This document shows positions 28,760-32,000 of a stretch of DNA of 32,000 bases, in pieces. This DNA is from Idiomarina loihiensis L2TR (GTDB lineage Bacteria > Pseudomonadota > Gammaproteobacteria > Enterobacterales > Alteromonadaceae): NCBI RefSeq assembly GCF_000008465.1, contig NC_006512.1, forward strand, positions 2,160,001 through 2,192,000, written 5' to 3'. The notes beneath the pieces were generated by a model. That model was not told the DNA's origin. It saw only the letters and a list, made by a program, of their open reading frames with translations, and searched no databases. Every line of letters begins with the position of its first letter. Position 1 is the stretch's first letter. The position numbers were made by a program, and so were the translations under genes.

Positions 28760-28957
28760 TTACTGAGAGTCCCGGCCACGTTGCTCTGGGGCTATCTGCT
28801 TATCTTTCTGCGAGTGAGTGTCATGAGTTGAATTTGGCCGACGGTGGTCTTCACGGCTCTGGTTTTCTTTGTCCTGCTGTGATTGCAGCTTCCGCTTTTC
28901 TTCTTCGCTAAGATCTTGCTCGTCTTTTTTAATTTTCGGATTCATTGGCCCAGTCAT
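28760..28957 (-). CDS. Small, highly hydrophilic, probably disordered protein (65 aa), unassigned
   Basis: Perfect SD AAGGAGG (reverse complement of 28962-28968) 4 nt upstream of the ATG at 28957. Composition is dominated by K/E/D/Q/R/S. The gene ends 29 nt upstream of the 99-aa gene. Confidence 0.55.
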   Translation of the reverse strand: MTGPMNPKIKKDEQDLSEEEKRKLQSQQDKENQSREDHRRPNSTHDTHSQKDKQIAPEQRGRDSQ

Positions 28958-29052
28958 AAAGCCTCCTTAATCGTTAAAATGTCAGTGCGTTTTCTCAACT
29001 TCTTCATTATCAAGTGTAGTACAGCACATCTTAAAATAAAGATACGCGGGGC

Positions 29053-29095
29053 ATCTTTACGGTTTGTAGAATAGAGTCGGTGTAGCCGTAAAGAT
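29053..29095. promoter_or_regulatory. 10-bp perfect inverted repeat (ATCTTTACGG - 23 nt - CCGTAAAGAT) in a divergent intergenic region
   Basis: Arms at 29053-29062 and 29086-29095, lying between the 65-aa gene (-) and the TIGR03643-like gene (+). Confidence 0.5.
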
Positions 29096-29147
29096 CTGAT
29101 CCACAAAGGCTAACGTAATTCAGTAAAAGACATTAAGTAGCCTGTTT

Positions 29148-29399
29148 ATGAACCTGACTGAATCTGAAGTATCACGCGTTATTGAAATGGCGTGGGAAGA
29201 CCGCACGCCATTTGAAGCTATTGAAGAACAATTTGGCCTGCAGGAAAAGCAGGTTATTAAGTTTATGCGTTCGCAACTTAAGCCGGGCAGCTTCCGCTTG
29301 TGGCGGGAACGTGTATCGGGGCGCAATACTAAACATCGTAAACTGCGCCCCGCGGAAGTGTCGCGCGGCTACTGCCCAACACAATATAAACAGCGTTAG
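29148..29399 (+). CDS. TIGR03643/DUF2805 family protein
   Basis: 83 aa. VIEMAWEDRTPFEAIEEQFGLQEKQVIKFMRSQLKPGSFRLWRERVSGRNTKH matches the conserved core of this family as I recall it. Overlapping alternative-frame ORFs (29120-29326, 29172-29384, 29182-29406) have no recognisable features. Confidence 0.8.
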   Translation: MNLTESEVSRVIEMAWEDRTPFEAIEEQFGLQEKQVIKFMRSQLKPGSFRLWRERVSGRNTKHRKLRPAEVSRGYCPTQYKQR

Positions 29400-29410
29400 G
29401 CAATAACCTA

Positions 29411-29935
29411 CTAAAGCATACTTTTCAGAACCGTGTCCTTGCGAATAAAGTGATGATGCAAGGCAGCTGCAACATGCAAAGCAACCAGTGCCATAAGAGC
29501 TATTGCCAGCCAGCCGTGCAGTTCCCGGAATATGGCATAGTTCTCAATATTGACAGTAAGTGCCGACGGTAAGCGGAACCAGCCAAATACGTCAATTGGC
29601 CGCCCGGCAAAGTACTGCATTAAGTACCCTGAAATTGGCATGGCGAACAACAGCAAATAAAGCAGCCAGTGAGAAGCCTTGGCGACAAATGTCTGCAAGC
29701 TTGATAAGTCTCCGGGTAATGCCGGAATTTGATGGAACAAACGATTCATTAAACGTGCAATAACCAGTGCGGCCGCCACAACACCAAAGGCTTTGTGCAC
29801 GGTTAAAATGCTTAACTGCCAAGGTTCTAAAGAACGAACCATCAATAGACCAGCCGCCAGCATCGAAATAACCAAAGCCGCCATAGCCCAGTGGAACAAG
29901 CGCATCGACAAGGAAAACTGTTGTGTGTTATTCAT
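29411..29935 (-). CDS. Cytochrome b561 family protein (CybB-like, 4 TM)
   Basis: 174 aa. It has RLFHWAMAALVISML, a second His in TVHKAFG and a C-terminal HVAAALHHHF, the typical di-haem ligand pattern. It overlaps the upstream peroxidase gene by 8 nt. Confidence 0.85.
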   Translation of the reverse strand: MNNTQQFSLSMRLFHWAMAALVISMLAAGLLMVRSLEPWQLSILTVHKAFGVVAAALVIARLMNRLFHQIPALPGDLSSLQTFVAKASHWLLYLLLFAMPISGYLMQYFAGRPIDVFGWFRLPSALTVNIENYAIFRELHGWLAIALMALVALHVAAALHHHFIRKDTVLKSML

Positions 29936-30908
29936 TACCCTGGTCCTCCCGCTCGCCCATTAACGCTTCTTTTGCTCTGCGCCTATAAGACTCAGCATAA
30001 GCCGCGGAACGAGCCCGTAGTATGGGATCTCGGGTTGCCTCAATACCGGTTGGTAACACCAGAGGATCGTAATTTATACCGTGGCATTCACCCTGTAACT
30101 GCGGCGTTACCCCGGTAATAACAATTTGTCCCGCTGTAATCTTCTCACGGCTGTCCGGCCATGCTTTTGCTGGATTGTTCTCATCATCTTTCTCATTTGC
30201 CAAAGTAAAAACCCAGTCGAAAATGATATTTTCTTTCGCTACCCGGTTGGTAATTTCCTGGTGCAGAGCATCCACACCCTCTAAGTTGTCAGCAGAAACT
30301 GAAACCGTCGGCTGCATAGTCCAGCGCACGGCTTGCTTTTCACCGTTTGAATTCACCAGATAAAACGCGTTAATACTGTTATAAGTCTCGGCAGCAAAGC
30401 TTCCGCCGGGTTGATATTGCGCTTTCCAGCTTAAAAAGTCACTGCTCTCCGGGTGTTCGGCAAAAAACGTTTGTATTGCTTTGGGGCCTGCCTGAATCGC
30501 CTGAATTTGCTGATAAAAAGTATGCGGATCTTTAACCGCCATAACTGGCGGCGTATTCATTGCAATACGCCATTGCTCGGTCGAATTCATGGCAAAGCTC
30601 AGAGCTAAACTGCGTACCGGTGCTTTTAAGTCAGGCGCTGTTGGATTATTACCGGCTACCGAAAATCGGCCGATAAAAGACATGGATCCCGTTTCAAATA
30701 GTGCCGTTTTTGAATAGCTGGCTAACTGCCCGTTTGAACGAAACTCACCACTAACGCAAATGCCTTTTGCGTGAGCACGCCGAAAGCCTTCATGGGCGGT
30801 TTCTCCCTGCTGTAAATTCACAAACTCTTGCGCACTAACTTTGGGGGGATCATCGGCTGCCACGCTCATTATTGGCGCCAACAATAATGCCAGATATTGT
30901 TTTTTCAT
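29928..30908 (-). CDS. Catalase-related peroxidase (small catalase-family haem protein) with a signal peptide
   Basis: 326 aa with the signal peptide MKKQYLALLLAPIMSVAA, the distal motif FRRAHAKG and the proximal region RSAAYAESYRRR. Confidence 0.85.
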   Translation of the reverse strand: MKKQYLALLLAPIMSVAADDPPKVSAQEFVNLQQGETAHEGFRRAHAKGICVSGEFRSNGQLASYSKTALFETGSMSFIGRFSVAGNNPTAPDLKAPVRSLALSFAMNSTEQWRIAMNTPPVMAVKDPHTFYQQIQAIQAGPKAIQTFFAEHPESSDFLSWKAQYQPGGSFAAETYNSINAFYLVNSNGEKQAVRWTMQPTVSVSADNLEGVDALHQEITNRVAKENIIFDWVFTLANEKDDENNPAKAWPDSREKITAGQIVITGVTPQLQGECHGINYDPLVLPTGIEATRDPILRARSAAYAESYRRRAKEALMGEREDQGNE

Positions 30909-30949
30909 GTCGAAAGTACTCTTGTTATCATTCTTTCGGTTAGAGTATA

Positions 30950-31348
30950 TCAGTCAATCGAGCACTGCGAGCAGCGTTCTTTACCTGTTAATAGCTTGGA
31001 AATGCGGTTGCGGTAACGCGCGAAAAATAAGTACGCTTTATCGGCAAACCATCGAATCACAGGCCAGCGTAAAGGGGCAATCATCCAGCCTTTCCCCACC
31101 AGCGACCAGGCCGCATAGGTGACATCCAGACCATAAATCATTTCACCTGAACGGGTCTGTCCGTGTAAATACTGGTTAGCCTTAGCAACGTCTACTGCAG
31201 GATAGCGCTGATTAAAATCCGACTCGTTAATATTCTCAAATTGGATCTTTCTTTGTTCATCCAGCTTCCTTAAATGACGCATCTCTTTCACGCATAACGG
31301 ACATCCACCGTCGAAGAAGATAACAAGTTTCGAACTTTGCTCTGACAT
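30950..31348 (-). CDS. Thiol-disulfide oxidoreductase DCC family (DUF393)
   Basis: FFDGGCPLCVKEMRHLRKLD is the DxxCxxC signature of the family. I prefer the ATG at 31348; the track start at 31357 is a GTG. Confidence 0.8.
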   Translation of the reverse strand: MSEQSSKLVIFFDGGCPLCVKEMRHLRKLDEQRKIQFENINESDFNQRYPAVDVAKANQYLHGQTRSGEMIYGLDVTYAAWSLVGKGWMIAPLRWPVIRWFADKAYLFFARYRNRISKLLTGKERCSQCSID

Positions 31349-31542
31349 TAGAACCACCGTTTTGCGAATTACACCTTCTTATACGCTGTTTTTGCGTATT
31401 TGACTCATAATGTAATGCGAAAATCGGTCTGCTTATCTCACAATACGACATTGCCACGCAGCCAGACTTAATAAGCAGTGCTAGTCTCTTTATGATACTT
31501 GGCGCAGACGCGCTGCAACTCGCTCCAAAATAAGAGGCAAGG

Positions 31543-32000
31543 ATGCCAAAACTCTCTAGAATTCATCTTGTTTATTTAGTGGCATTTTTTATCGCTGCCT
31601 TTTGTACCTTGCCTGCAGCCGCATGGCAGAACTCAACGCAAACCCAGCTCGCAAAAGTGTATGAACAGGACAATACCATCCCCATTAGCAACTACTTAGT
31701 AAGTGAAAAATACGATGGTATCCGGGCCATTTGGACAGGATCGCAACTACTGACCCGACAAGGCAACCTGATATCAGCTCCGGAATGGTTTACTGCACCG
31801 CTACCCGCCGTTTGGCTTGACGGTGAACTGTGGACAAAACGTCAGAACTTTGAGGCGCTAAGCTCTATTGTGCGCACCCAAACACCAAAGGACAACCGTT
31901 GGCGGAAAGTGAAGTATATGGTGTTTGATATGCCTGACGCACAGCTACCTTTTGAGGAACGATACAAAAACTACTCAAAGTTAATTGAGCAAGTAAACGC
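31543..32000 (+). CDS. Minimal ATP-dependent DNA ligase with an N-terminal signal peptide (Lig E type), 5' part; continues past the window end
   Basis: Not in the ORF track because it has no stop in the window. AAGAGG SD, ATG at 31543. Hand translation: MPKLSRIHLVYLVAFFIAAFCTLPAAAWQ...YLVSEKYDGIRAIWTGSQLLTRQGNLISAPEWF...VWLDGELW. The adenylation motif I (KYDG) has its Lys at 31708-31710. Confidence 0.8.
   Translation, partial: MPKLSRIHLVYLVAFFIAAFCTLPAAAWQNSTQTQLAKVYEQDNTIPISNYLVSEKYDGIRAIWTGSQLLTRQGNLISAPEWFTAPLPAVWLDGELWTKRQNFEALSSIVRTQTPKDNRWRKVKYMVFDMPDAQLPFEERYKNYSKLIEQVN

Noticed and set aside
25906-29147. Calling the accessory segment a low-GC horizontally acquired island
   Set aside because: Hand counts on individual 60-nt lines gave inconsistent values (33% and 38% in two lines, but about 47-48% in four others and 57% in the small-gene region), against about 48% in a core line. 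I cannot support a compositional anomaly without a proper sliding-window calculation.
29120-29406. Three overlapping ORFs (29120-29326 minus, 29172-29384 minus, 29182-29406 plus) competing with the TIGR03643 gene
   Set aside because: Only the 29148-29399 frame gives the conserved MAWEDRTPFEAI...WRERV...TKH family core. The others are Cys/Arg-rich with no features.

Overview
This is a chromosomal window from a gammaproteobacterium. Gene order and protein sequences look like a marine Alteromonadales/Vibrionales/Pseudomonas-type backbone, but that taxon is inferred, not verified. About 80% of the window is conserved housekeeping backbone:
- (i) a complete type II secretion operon, gspC-D-E-F-G-H-I-J-K-L-M-N, on the minus strand (1-11148; gspN runs off the left edge);
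- (ii) hslR-hslO (Hsp15/Hsp33) on the plus strand;
- (iii) the minus-strand block der-bamB-yfgM-hisS-ispG-rodZ-pilW-rlmN-ndk (12.5-21.6 kb), in the same order as in Pseudomonas;
- (iv) msrA (+), then iscS-iscR-trmJ (-) and suhB (+).

The isc locus is reduced to iscR-iscS. iscU/iscA/hscBA/fdx are absent, IscS lacks its C-terminal tail, and a near-consensus IscR type-1 box is still present.

The only clearly accessory-looking segment is about 25.9-29.1 kb, a co-directional minus-strand gene string. It encodes two small, highly charged proteins and a RhuM-N-terminal/Doc-type Fic fusion bracketed exactly by 32-bp perfect direct repeats. It ends with a translationally coupled pair: a 2-TM-anchored NERD nuclease-domain protein plus a 2-TM small partner. 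This pair, in its context, is my best candidate for an undescribed (defence/abortive-type) system. That is a hypothesis from domain content and gene arrangement only.

The right end carries a TIGR03643/DUF2805 gene, a periplasmic catalase-related peroxidase coupled to a cytochrome b561, a DCC-family thiol-disulfide oxidoreductase, and the 5' part of a signal-peptide-bearing minimal ATP-dependent DNA ligase (Lig E type). I found no rRNA, tRNA, CRISPR array, transposase or integrase. All protein-family calls come from reading the translations by eye; no database search was run.
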